NCBI GenBank assembly: GCA_016748015.1
Contig: JAAOMT010000502.1
Location: forward strand, 496,001-560,000
Source: Geosiphon pyriformis uo1
Lineage: Eukaryota > Fungi > Glomeromycota
Direction: 5' to 3'
DNA length: 64,000 nt
The position numbers and the translations under genes are program-made. Positions 25,281 to 38,011 of this stretch are shown here, piece after piece (within the stretch, counting starts at the first letter, position 1; every line of letters begins with the position of its first letter). Under the pieces are notes generated by a model, which had not been told where the DNA came from, ran no database searches, and saw only the letters and a list, made by a program, of their open reading frames with translations.

Positions 25281-27994
25281 TCTTTTTTTCATTAAACACA
25301 CACAATCCCGATATTTTAACGTCACAACAAAATTTTGATTTTCAAATATTTATCTTCTTTTTCATTAAAAAGTTTTTAAAACAAACAAAATTCTCAAAAA
25401 ATAATTTTATACTTGTTTTTTCATTGTATTTTATTGTAAGTAGTATGAATCTGTATGAGTAATTGATTGAATTAAAATAAAAATAAAATTTTGAATTAAA
25501 TCTGATTTATCTCTTTGGAATCAATTTATTTTTCAATTGAATTTTATTAAATAAAAAGTTTTTAACACATAAAAAGTGAGTCATATTAAAGAAATGTTTC
25601 ACTATCTCCAAAATCTCGTAGAATTAATTTCTAGATTAAGTAAACAAACAGTTCAATAAACTATCCAATTTCATCATAATGACAATGGAAAGTTATTTAT
25701 TCTAATATTAATTGTTGATGTTACAAATTTATTCTCCTACATGCTAACTGTTTTACAATTTGGTGGCTGATATATTGAAGAGTTTTTTTAAACAAGAGAA
25801 AAAAAAAGGTGAATAAAGAGTTTTAATGTAACATTTAAATAAAAAGATTTAATTTTTTTTAATGGGGCTGTGCTTACGAAATATTTTTTACGTAGAACAA
25901 AGAAAATACAATCAAAAATTTATTAACAAACTTCAAGATGATGATGATGATGATGATGATAATGATGATGATATCAAAAATTTGAAATGTGACAAGTAAT
26001 AACATGTTTTTTCCGAGAATAAATCTTGAATTTTGAAAAAATAAAGGTTTTTTTTTGAGTTTTCATAAATTAAAGTTAAATATTTTAAAACACACTTTTT
26101 TGAACATGATTAGAATAATGAATGTAACACTTAGTAACCAAGAAAAAAGCTTAGATAAGTTGAGGTTAAATTATTTTCCTAAAAAATTATTAATGAAATA
26201 ATCGATGAGGTCGTTTTTAAATTTTTATTTAATATTTTTGATTAGGTAACCAAATAATCTTAGGTTTAGGTAAAAACGGTTACTTGAATTTTAGTTTTTT
26301 GCTAAAACAATCACATTCTAACTGAAATTGGTGCTTCCTTTCAAAGTAACACCAAAATTTATCTATTAAACTATCTAAAGTTAGAATGAATATCCATTTT
26401 AAATTTGTGAGGCCTGGTACGACATGATAACCCTGATCATAATACGATAACATTAAGAAAAATTAATATGGGTCAATTTTTAATTCTAGACTTCAAGTCA
26501 GATACCTATATCGATCTCAGAATGAAGAAACCATTTATAAAATTTTAATTAAGGTATCAAAACGCCAAAAATCTGAAAAACCAAAAAGGTTTACTTTTTT
26601 TGGTATCTCGGCTTGAGTTGGTCTCACAAAATTGAAAAGTGGGCGGTAACCAAATAAAATATCAAGAAAACTTTATTTGGTTTAGGAGACACAATCTTTT
26701 GCCAAGACTAATTTTAAAAAGATTAAAGTTATAGTTTAATTTATATCAAGAAATAACTTAATTTAATTTATTTATTTTTATATACCAAAATATGATCTGA
26801 ATCCTTTTAATTTGAAAATTTTCAAAAAAAGTTACTTTTCATTTCTTTAGAAATAAAAATTTTGCAATTTTTATTTTTTAAACTACAAATTTTTTGCCAC
26901 AAGCTACCCTTCATTAATATTATCAAAAAAAGGAAATATTTGTAACTATTACTGTTCTTTTGTTCATTTCAAGTTGAACGCAAAATAAAATTCTAGAAAA
27001 AAATGTTCATAAAGAGATACAATTATCTAGTTCACAAAGTCAAGATATGGAAAATGAAAGAGCTTTCTAACAAATATTTTGTTGGTAGCACTTGACAGAA
27101 TTGGAGACACATGATTATCCAGTGATTTCTTCTGTACTCTGTATCACTATTCGTTAAACCTCAACGTAAGCAAAAAGAAGTCTTTTAAGGCTTGTATCTC
27201 ACATAATCTCTGTTTCAAATTTTTTTTTAAAATCGGCAATCACAATCATGTTTGAAAAATATGGAATTTCATTCAAAATATTTCTTTTAATTATCAAGGT
27301 AACATAAACTAAGACGTTTTGATTTATAAGGTACCTAAAAACATTACATGAATGGCAGAAATCGAAGAACTTATTAATTTAGATTAAAATTCTTTTAAAT
27401 ACTTCTGAAATTTATTAAAACTTTTGACTCGGGTACCCAACTTTTAACATGATTGCTGACTAAATTTTACATTCTATGAGTTTGAAATTCGCTTACTCTG
27501 TGTATACCTTTAGGCTAATTTAGAAAATAAAACCTCGAAAAAAAAAAAAATTTCTTGAAAATTTATTGGTTCTAGATTTTACATAAACATGAAAATTATC
27601 ACAAGGATATATTCTTTATGAGTTATTTTTCTCATGCATGCATTTACCATGTATATTTAATCCGCACGGACCTTTACAATTTAATTGTTGTACTTTATTA
27701 ATTGAAAGTTGTACACAAATAATATTTGGACGATTATATATTGTTTTTACATTGTGATTATAAGATACAATGAAGTGAAATCAATAATAAATTTGTGATA
27801 TTTTTAGTCGCATTTTACCTATTAAAAATTGGAAATTTTTTTTTTCATAACAATTGAAATGTAATATTACTTCATAAAAAATTGAATCTTTTGATATAAT
27901 TTTTAAAAAAAAGTCTTTTTTAAAAGTTTTAAAGTTTAAAAATAATTTTTTGAGCCTTTAGCCTCGTTTTCATACAAAATCGTTTTGCTGTTTT

Positions 27995-28065
27995 AACTAA
28001 CTAACTGATTAACTAACTAACTAACTAACTAACTAACTAGCTAACTAACTAACTAACTAACTAAC
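27995..28065. repeat. (CTAA)n microsatellite
   Basis: Near-perfect tandem array. Confidence 0.9.
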
Positions 28066-29864
28066 CATCACCACCTGACGTTTTCTAATTAAGTTTTAAA
28101 GTGCTACAACATCTTTTTATCCGGCCATTATTTTGTTTATGTTCACGCAAATTCTCTAAATGAAACAGAGCACATTTTACAAATAAAAAGTTTCTCACAC
28201 AGATTCACCCCTTTTGAATGACTAACCAAAATTTCAATCATTGGCTACATTGCAATCAAATGTACGACGAACCAAGGCTTAGCTTGTTTCTTATACCAAA
28301 AATGAACGTCTTGGCAGAAATAGTATCTCATTCTAGGTTATCGTTAAAAATTGTTCTTTGGTAGACTAATGCAATAAAGTCATTACGATATATAATAGTT
28401 TTTTTGATCCCTCAGTTACCAATGAAATTTTCAAATCAAAAATTTCCAATTTTTGGTCTAAAATTAATTCAAGCTGGAATTATAAAAAAAAAATTATAAT
28501 CAAATTCTTTGATGATTTAGTTTTTTCAAAGTATGCTTTTATTGAAAACCTAATTTTTGAATCTTTTTTCTCACCACAAAACTTTTGAACCATTGGCATT
28601 TACAAATATTAATGATGATGAAGATGATGATGATGATGATTATAAGCAAAAATAGAAACAAGAATTTAACCTAATTTTTCATCTAATTGATATAATTTGA
28701 TTTCAAACAAAAGTTCAACCTTTTATTTTGGAGGAAAATGAGACTAGGTTTACTTTCTGAACTCTTCACATTCAAATAACCAGTTTCCTTTTTTATTTTA
28801 TTCAGAGGACCATGTTTCTTAGTCTAAAATCTATGATCGTATTCCGATCGCTGCTTTGAGTATTAAATTGAAAAAAATGATTTCTTTCAAATGTCAATGA
28901 TCTAGAAAGTCGTAAATTTTTGTGAAACAAGTTTTGACCCATAGCGGTGAGCCTCTTTAAAACCTCAAGTTTAGATTCTTATGTGATATTGTTTATATCA
29001 AGCGAAAGAGGTTATTAGGGTGAAACTAAAATGTGTATCAAATTATTCTAATTGATTCTTATATTTTGGCCAAGAAATTCTTAAACTTTCTCTTTAAATC
29101 TGGATGAAACTGAATTCTTAAATACTTTTTTCCTTTGGCCCTGAAGATAAGAAATGGTCAATGTTTGATTAAAATATTCTTTTTGATAAGATAACACGAA
29201 AAGGTGAGAATGACTGTTTTTAACCCTATTTTTAAACTTTAAAATAAAACTAATCAGTAAAGACCGTCAAGCAAAGACAGATAAATTTTTTATTTTTCAA
29301 TTTGTTTTGTTTTTTTTCCAACTTAAAATTTGATAAAAAATGATAACTGAACAGATGAGCAATTCGAGTTATTTTTAGAATTCACAAATGATTAAACATA
29401 AATTCTTTGGCTAAACGAAAATTTGAAAAAACTTCAAATTTGCAGAGATATTATAACAAAAGTGCAAGATATATATATATATATATATAACTCTACGAGT
29501 GAATTATTCTACTTGAATGGTTGCCAAAAATATGTAAAATCAATTGAAAAATTCAGATTTTGATTAGATATCCTTTTAGATGTTAAATTGGTTCAAGAGC
29601 ATACACTTTCTCTTTTGGATTATTCCGAGACAGCAAAGCTATAAAGGTTAAAATAATTCACAAGATAAAAAAAACTTTTTTTAAAATTAATTTTATTTCA
29701 TTTCTTAAACCGCTACTTGATAATTGGAAAAATAATAATTTTTTGAAAGTAACATGTTTTTCATCAATTAAACTTTTTTTTAAAATAAATACCGAGAAAT
29801 TTTTTCTATAAAAGACCAATTATCTCAACCCTATATTTGTAGAAAACTTGTTATCATTAAAAAT

Positions 29865-29900
<36 letters not shown>

Positions 29901-30105
29901 GCTGTTGACTGTTAAGTTTATCTGAAGTGGGTTAGGGGATGTTTTGAATTTGATAAGATTCAAGCGTCAAACTAGTATACAATGGATCTGCTTTTTAAAT
30001 TTATGGTGAATGAGTTAAATCTATATATTGTCTACATCCCAACAAACTTAGTATCGATAAAAATTGGAGCTTACCCATTTTACAATCGCTATTTTTTAAA
30101 CGACA

Positions 30106-31631
30106 ATGATCTTTTCGAGATTTTTCGTTTTCACTTGGATCCTCTTGGCATTTTTTTTGACCTATATGAATTTATCCTCATCATTATTATTATTATTTTC
30201 ATCTTTAAAATTGATCCTTTTCTCAACGAGTACAAAGCTTTGTATACCTTTAATATCGGCCATAAGTAATAATTTTACGAATTTTGAACTAAAAGCAAAT
30301 CTAACTCAGAATCACCCAAATTCAACCACTTGGAAAATTAGTTTACAAGAACGATCATTTGAAAATCCATCTAAAAAATTATTTTCTGGGTGGTCAAGTT
30401 TCGGCTTTATTAAACTGGCAGATCTGGCAAAGAAGACTTTCTCGAGGAAAAAATCATCTTTTAATGCTGAATTTGGAAAGAGACTCTATATTAAAGGTCA
30501 AACCTAATTTAACTTCATTTGAAATTTAAAATTTTTGAAGTAATTTGATTTTAACCATATTTTTTTTGTTATTTTCAGTTGATTATGATATCAAGAATTT
30601 AGATGGAGTCGTTTTCATTTTTGCAGGTATTAAAATAATTTTAAGAATCATGCCCAAAAACCTTGGAAAAAAACATTTTAATAATATTTTGTTAAATGCT
30701 TCTATGCAGGACCTGCATTAACTAAAAGTCAATGGGCAACCAGAAAAGTAGAGTTAATCACATATAAAGCAACTGGTTTCAAACCGAATCAATTGATAAA
30801 AGTGGATAAATTATGGCAAGAGGGGTTCCTTATTCTTAAAGACCAAATTTTTGAAAAGATTGAAAAGTTACTTATTTCAAGGTCTCCTCAAAATCCCAAA
30901 AAAATTTATTTTACCGGATGGGGTGTTGGTGGTGGTATGTTTTAAATATATATATATATATATATATACATCTATTTTTTTTGAATCCATTAAATATTTT
31001 ATGGTTTTTACATATACTATAAATTTCTAATTAAATTTATAGCATATGCAGCTATTGCTGCTCTTAGCTGGAAACTTGAATCTTATAAAAGAGTCCCAAA
31101 AAACGCTGTAAAAAGTTTCAAATTTACTAAATTTGAAGTTCAAACGATCACCTTTGGTGCTCCTCGGCTCGGAAACATTTATTTCGCTCGATTTATCAAC
31201 AAATTTTTAAACGTAAAACGAGTGACACACTCCAATGATCATGTTCCACATTTTCCTGTTCGTGTGACTCAGAATAATGCTTTAGTGCACCATGAGCTCG
31301 AGTTATGGATAGAAACTAAAAAAACATGTGACTGTACAAATGATTGGAAGCTTTGGGAGTGTACAGGTTTTCATTATGGTAAAAAGTTATGGCAAAACCT
31401 TAACAGTAAAGAACCAAGTCAATTCCTTTTATCAGCCGGTGGCATGTTTGGGGAAAATCCGGTTTGTTTAATTTGTTTCTTCATTGAATTTAGAAAATTT
31501 CTTTAAACAAAATAATAAGTTTATAAATCAAAAATTTGAAGGAGTGTAACGCTGGCCAATCAATTATGTGGACACCAGCGGACTTTGTTCATGTTGGACC
31601 TTATTTTGGTGTAAATATGGCTAATTTTTGA
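30106..31631 (+). CDS. Class 3 lipase-fold protein with hydrophobic N-terminus; nucleophile Ser replaced by Gly
   Basis: Exons 30106-30496, 30579-30626, 30710-30934, 31043-31461, 31542-31631. FTGWGVGGAYA, TFGAPRLGN, RVTHSNDHVPHFP, HHELELWI, ECNAG..HVGPYFGV. The exon 1 donor is least certain. Confidence 0.85.
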
Positions 31632-33831
31632 CATATGATCCAACCTCCTTTTTTTAAAAAAATATTCTTTGAACTTGGAGCTGGATAATACGCTTATTGA
31701 AAATCTTTTGCTCAGATTATTATCTATTTAAAAAATGTGGCAATTGTCGAGGATTTTTCATGTGTTATTCGTAAATCCAACTCCTTTCGAAAGATGAATT
31801 AATTTCTTTTTCATAAAATAACAAGAGGGTAATTTTCCAATCGATCATAACTTAGTTCAGGCTGAATAACTTTAAACTCACTCCACTCTATTTTAATGGA
31901 CATCGAAAACATAGTTTTTTAATAGATAAATCTTTTTAGACTTTTTCAACCAAAATTTTTTAATTTGATAGCTAAAAATTTTTAGAGCAATAATTTCGAA
32001 ATGTAATTTTTTAAAATGCTTTTTATTACAACCGCAGTTTGATCCTGCTCACAACTTTTAAGAAAAGTTTGGATTCTTTTCAAAATACTATGTAAAAATA
32101 ATGTAGCGAAAAAAATTAACCAATTTTTGAAGTTTTAATACACAAAAGCTAACAATTACTGAGAAATTCTAGGATGGGTGAAATAAGTCTATTGCTTTCA
32201 AGTGTTGAAAATTTTTGCAAAAAATTTCAGCATTAATCTCTTTAGAATTTTAGGCCAGAATAAAAATTTTCAAAAGATATATAAAACATGGTCTGAAATT
32301 TTTTAATTTGTCAGCTTTTTTTTTTGCTTATGCAAGAAATGAATTGAAGTTATTTCTAATTTCCAAATATTTTTTAGGAAATTTTTTTATAAATCATACT
32401 TTTTAAATTTAACTTATTTCTCATGCTATTAAATAAAAAGAATTTCAATTTCTCAAATTCTAAAGAACTCTAATCTCACAAACCAATTAAGCGCAAGTGA
32501 ATATGTCCTTATATTTTGAAAAAACTTTATTATTTTAATAAGTCTTGGTCTTTGAAGAAGCCTGTTTAATAATGTTGTTTAAGATGATTTTTTGGCTTTG
32601 TTTCAAGAAGATTAATTTGGCAATTGAGCTTTAAAATTTTCCTTGGCATCAAAAAAAACCAATTATCTCTTTTTTTTTCTCTGATTTTGGTCTTATGCAA
32701 ATCTTCTGAAAAATTAAAAAAATTTTATGGTTATATTTTTTCTTTGGAAAGAGAAATAGAAATTTTTCTCTAAAAATATTAATTTTGTTTGCAATTCAGA
32801 TGTGACGAATTATTTGTGAAATTATGAGTTTTTCTTCTTTTAGAAATTAACTTTCGGGAAGATGTTCACTTATTCAAAAATAGGTTTCCTCATTTAAAGC
32901 ATTCATTTAGCACATAATCAAATTGAAAGTATTTAAAAGGATATAAACTCTTTTACATAAAACTTTTATAAATTTACTAACAAATTCACTAAATATACCA
33001 GGAGTGAGATATCAAAAACTATTTGTACAATACATTATTGATGACTAAAGGTATGTCAAATCAAATAATTGATCAAAGCCCAAAAATTCTATCACCTGAT
33101 CAATTAAAAAAAAGTGTAGAGTACAAATTTTTCATTAGATAATCGTAAAAGATTTTCGATTATAACTTTTATATTATGGCTCAAATATAAACTTTTTCGA
33201 AATATTACTTTAAAAGTCTGAAATAGAGCTGAAAATAAAATGTTACAAGAATCAACTTAAGGAAAAATATATGTACCAGATTTGAATCTCGGTTTCACGT
33301 TGAACAATATCAAAAAATAATCTTATCGGAATATTTTTGACGATGAAAATAAAATGCATCAACCTGATCGCATCAAACATTGAGCTTGTGATTTTCATAA
33401 TAAGAATTCAAATAGTGAGGTCTTTATCTCCTATCTGGTAATTCAGGTGCTCAGATAAAATTTAGCATAATCCCTTGCGTCACTACAGAATCTATTTGTC
33501 CAAAAAGGATAGATATTCCACACGCGGTCTCCCAAGTAAAAGTTGATTGTTATCATAATTTTTTGAATTCTGGATAACCATTATATAATTATCTAGCAAT
33601 GACTCAAATTTTTTTTTGATGTTTACAAACCGTGAGATAAATTGTAACCAATTATTTATTCTCTTTCAAACCAAACCCCTTTGTTTATGATTAACTTGAT
33701 TCTTACACTGTGGAATTTTGAAATATTTACAACTGATTTCCTATAAATTTGACCCCCGAAAGTTTGACATTTCTTTTCTTAATATTCTCCAGAGTAAATA
33801 TTTTTACAAAAAAAACCCCCCATCGCTAATC

Positions 33832-35012
33832 ATGGGAAATGTTTACCAAAAGCAAAAACCGTTCCTGTCGAACAAAAAATCAAAATCAAGTCTAAAAGGA
33901 TCTGGAAAACTTTCAAGGCTACACTCACATTCATTATCCTCGACAAGCTCAATATCCAAATTCGAAGATTCTCAATATTCACAGTACTTCTTAACAAACG
34001 ATGAGCTTGAACAAGATCGTTTGCATTTGCAGCATTATTTATGTCGATACGCTTGGGGATCAAATTTTTGCGCGCCAATACACAACGATTTACTAACTGG
34101 AATGCTTCGCGCTTTGGATGTTGGGTAAATTTTAAAATTATCTGCTTTTTCCACATTTATCAATCGTTTCTTAACCGACCAAATTGAATTTTTACAAAGT
34201 TGTGGCCCAGGAACATGGGTAATGGAAATGGCATCTGAATATCATAAATGTTCTTTTACTGGTGTCGATACCTCTTCGATGTTCCCATCCGAAATCAAAC
34301 CAGAAAATGTAAATTTTTTTCAAGCCAACATACTGCTTGGTTTACCTCTAAACAATCCATTTGATTATGTGCATATGCGATTTCTTGGATCATTGTTTAC
34401 CGCTACTGACTGGGAGACGGCTATACGAGAAGTTATTCGTTTAACTAGGTCAGGGGGCTGGATCGAGATCTTAGAAACAGATCTGAAGTTTTATAATGAA
34501 GGACCGGTGTCAAAAAGCTTTATGGGTGCACGTGAGTTTGCTAAAAGTTTTGGTACCGTTTTTCATTTTTTAGTCTTCTTATTCTTATTTTTATTTATCT
34601 TTAGTCATGTCACAACAACAAGCACAGAAAATTGACTTGACAAATCTTCCAACTCTCGTGCCACAACTAATGTATTCTTTTGGATTAACAGTAATAAATT
34701 CTGCTGAGCGAAAGTGGTGTATGAGTGATTCTGAAGATGTCAGCGATCGATTAGGTCAGCTGGCTACCGATAACATGGTAGGTAGCAGGACTTTCTATCT
34801 TCTATCACGATAGTTGAAAATCTAATTTTTTGTACAAAATTTTTTAGAAACAATTATTTCAAGTATTAAAACCAAATCTTTCATCTTTGATGAAACTATC
34901 ATCCGAACAATATGATCGATTACTACGTTCATACGTTATCGAAGTAAATGAGCTCAAAACATATTGCAAGTCATTTCGATTTTGGGCACGAAAACCATAC
35001 CCCTCCATATAA
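33832..35012 (+). CDS. Second LaeA-like class I SAM-dependent methyltransferase, 4 exons
   Basis: Exons 33832-34124, 34200-34531, 34605-34777, 34848-35012. NDELEQDRLHLQH, LDVGCGPGTW, FDYVHMRFL, GGWIEILE, FWARKP; MGN start. Confidence 0.94.
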
Positions 35013-35870
35013 TTCACATTGTGTTTTTGAGATAAACTAAAATGTAACATTCAAATGAAATACTATCACTATGAATAATAATTAAAATAAGATATGAAAT
35101 TCTATAATATGCACTACCTTTTTAAAGATTGCAAGTCACTATAATGGAATGCTATATGATTTCAAGAGATTGAGAACTTTTGCTATGGAAATCATATTAA
35201 TCATAATAAAATTACGTGTTAATTCGGAAATTAATTTCTTGAGTAAAAAAGTTGAATTTTTCACATGCATATATTTTCCACAATTGTGTGGATATTTAAG
35301 AGTATATTAAGGAAATGATATTGTATTTAAATTTCACTATAATGCATATTTGATTTTCTGTGTCATAAAAAGTTTCACCAAGTTTATGCACACTAAAGGG
35401 GAGAAGTCATCGAATTCTAAAAATTCCCTTATCTTGTATAACGAATCTTGACATGAAAATTGAACGGCTCTGATATTGATAAATTTGACCCTAATGGATA
35501 ACTTTGTATCAAATTCTATTGTGTCTAATGCTCTTTGTGCTTAAGCAATCAAAAAATTGTGTGTAATTTCTGAAAACTAATTATAATTAAACGAGAAATG
35601 AAAGGTATTTTAAAAAAAAAAAACATTTGACACTTTTTCCAGCAAAGAAAATTGATTCATATTGTTTCTTTCAAAGAGAAAACACGATTTCGTGAGTAAA
35701 TGTTTTGTCTTTAGAGTGGGGTAATTTTGATTAAATTACATGAAAACTTTAGTGCCAATGCACAGCTCCTCAATAAGAATGTGTTATTGTGTCAAAATAA
35801 GGTAATAGTGTAAAGAAAATTACGTAATAGCATTCTATATAATAAGGCGAGAAAACAAATTATGTATTAT

Positions 35871-36460
35871 GGATGGATTGTAACACATCAATAATAGACA
35901 ATATTAAGCATTGTTATCATTTCCTGTTTCATCAAAAAATGCTCAAAGAAAGATCTTCCAAGTGTTATTTTCATCTCTATCTACAACAATCTCACAATTT
36001 TGGCAATTTTACACTTTGTACCTTTCAATTCTTTAGATGTTGTCAGATTAACTAAAAGACTTAAGATATATAAGCTTCATTCTGGATAATAATATTAATT
36101 CTTTAATCTTGTTAATAAACATTATTGAATATAATATGTGCTTTACAAAGTGTTTTCTAAAAGTTTTTCATGTAACATTTCTTGTTTTGTAATTTACCAT
36201 GTATAATACTTCAAAAAAAGAAATAAAAATGGTCTTGAATTCATAAACAAAGAATCTAATTAATTTTTAGTAAATTTTAACAATTATTAGATCATTTATT
36301 TTTGTGTTTTAGTAATATTAATAATTTTTACTTTTAGCAGATAAAATCATTCAAATATTTAAAAATACAAGCTATTATTTAATAAAATGTTTGTCAATTT
36401 TATTTGTCTGTTTTATAAGAAAGTTATACAGACTTAGAATTAATAGAAACTGTATAAACA
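35871..36460 (-). pseudogene. Fanzor2 / IS607-TnpB-like nuclease relic 2, probably continuing into the AT-rich block
   Basis: Minus strand: VSINS (from SIDP, ~36440), YLNDFIC, EFKTIFISFFEVLYMVNYKTRNVT*KTFRK, IIQNEAYIS, KV*NCQNCEIVVDRDENNTWKIFL*AFFD. Shares CACTTGGAAGATC and the downstream non-coding segment with relic 1. Confidence 0.85.
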
Positions 36461-37999
36461 AAATTATCTGTTTGAATTTACATACTTGTTTTTATTAATA
36501 TTAACAATATTTATTTTGTTTACATATATAATTAGATTTATAATATATAGACTTGTATAAAACATTATCAATTTTAAAAATATTATTCAATATATAATGA
36601 TTAATAATTTGTTTAAGTTTAGTAAACAGCTAAATTTTTAAATTTGGAAAAACAACATAGAATTTATTTACTAAATCTTTTATTATTAATATTAATAAAT
36701 TAAATATAAGATACTTTTATAATTTGTATTTGTTTATTAATTATATCTTAACTTAATAAACCATTTAAGATAAACTAATTAATATAACCAATAATCAATA
36801 TATATAAAAATCTTTTATTTTTTTAAATTTATTTTTAAACAAAATAAAAAATACATATTTATTTATAACTTTTGCTATATTTGGTTAAAATTTTTTATAA
36901 ATACATAAAAATTACAAAAAATCAGATTACAAAAGCCAAAAAATTATTTTTAACTTGTTATTTTTTAATTTATAAAAATAGTTTAATAATTATATTAAAT
37001 TTTTGTTTTATAATAATTTAATATACTATTTTTATTTTATAATAATTTAATATACTATTTTTATTTTCAGTTTTATAAAAATTATATATATAATAAAACT
37101 AAAATAAGTTATTTATGTTTATAAACAAATAAAATAATACAATATATTAATATATATAAATTATTATAAATTTTATTAATTATATAAATTTTTTAATATA
37201 TAATTTATATATAGTATTTGGTTAATTTTAAAAAAAATATAAAAAAAACTTTTATTTTTATTATTTTCGATTATAAACTATTTATTAATAAAAGAAAACC
37301 CAATATTTATGTTTGTTAATAAATTAATTATTTTTAAAAAATAAAATTTTTTTAGTATAAATATTTTTTTTAAGTTATAAATAAATATATATATATATAA
37401 TAAGTTTTATTATCAATAATCTTAATTTTTTTAAAAACACAAAAATTTATTTTATTATTATTTAAGTTTTATTTTAAAATATTTTATTTAATAAGCTAAA
37501 ATTTAATAATATTAAATATTAAATAAAAATTAATTATACTATATTAAGTATACAAAATATACAAAATATTTTATTATAATATAATTATATTTAATTTATA
37601 AATTTTGATTAATTATGAAATATTTCTATTAAAACTTTTAAAAATTTTCAAAAATAAAATTATTTTAAACTTATAAATACTTTTAAAATTGTTGTTTTTT
37701 GTTATCTTTTACTTATTAATAAAAATATTAATATATTTTCTTAAATAGTTAAGTTATTTTAAATACTTAGCAATCAAATTATTAAAACAAATATTTAATA
37801 AAAAAACATATTATTATTCTTATTAAAAAAAAATCTTATAATATATAATCTAAAATTTAAAATTACTTTAAAATTACTAATTATAAAACTGTTAATTTAC
37901 TAATTGAAAATTTTGTAGTTTGTTTTAACTTTATTTATACAGATAAAAAATTACTTTATTAAAGTATATAATATTATATTATCAAAAAATATTTAACTT
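36460..37999. other. Ultra-AT-rich decayed repeat DNA (similar blocks at 42834-45140, 51900-52440, 54700-55150)
   Basis: For example 37141-37200 has no G or C; it is not a simple tandem repeat and grades continuously out of relic 2. Confidence 0.7.
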
Positions 38000-38011
38000 T
38001 AAAAAAAACTT

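Noticed and set aside
26245-26660. Possible MITE (imperfect inverted repeat TTTGTGAGGCC/GGTCTCACAAA; direct repeat GGTAACCAAATAA)
   Set aside because: Short, imperfect, no TSD and no second copy in the window.
33275-33300. tRNA T-arm-like hairpin on the minus strand
   Set aside because: No acceptor stem, D arm or anticodon arm.
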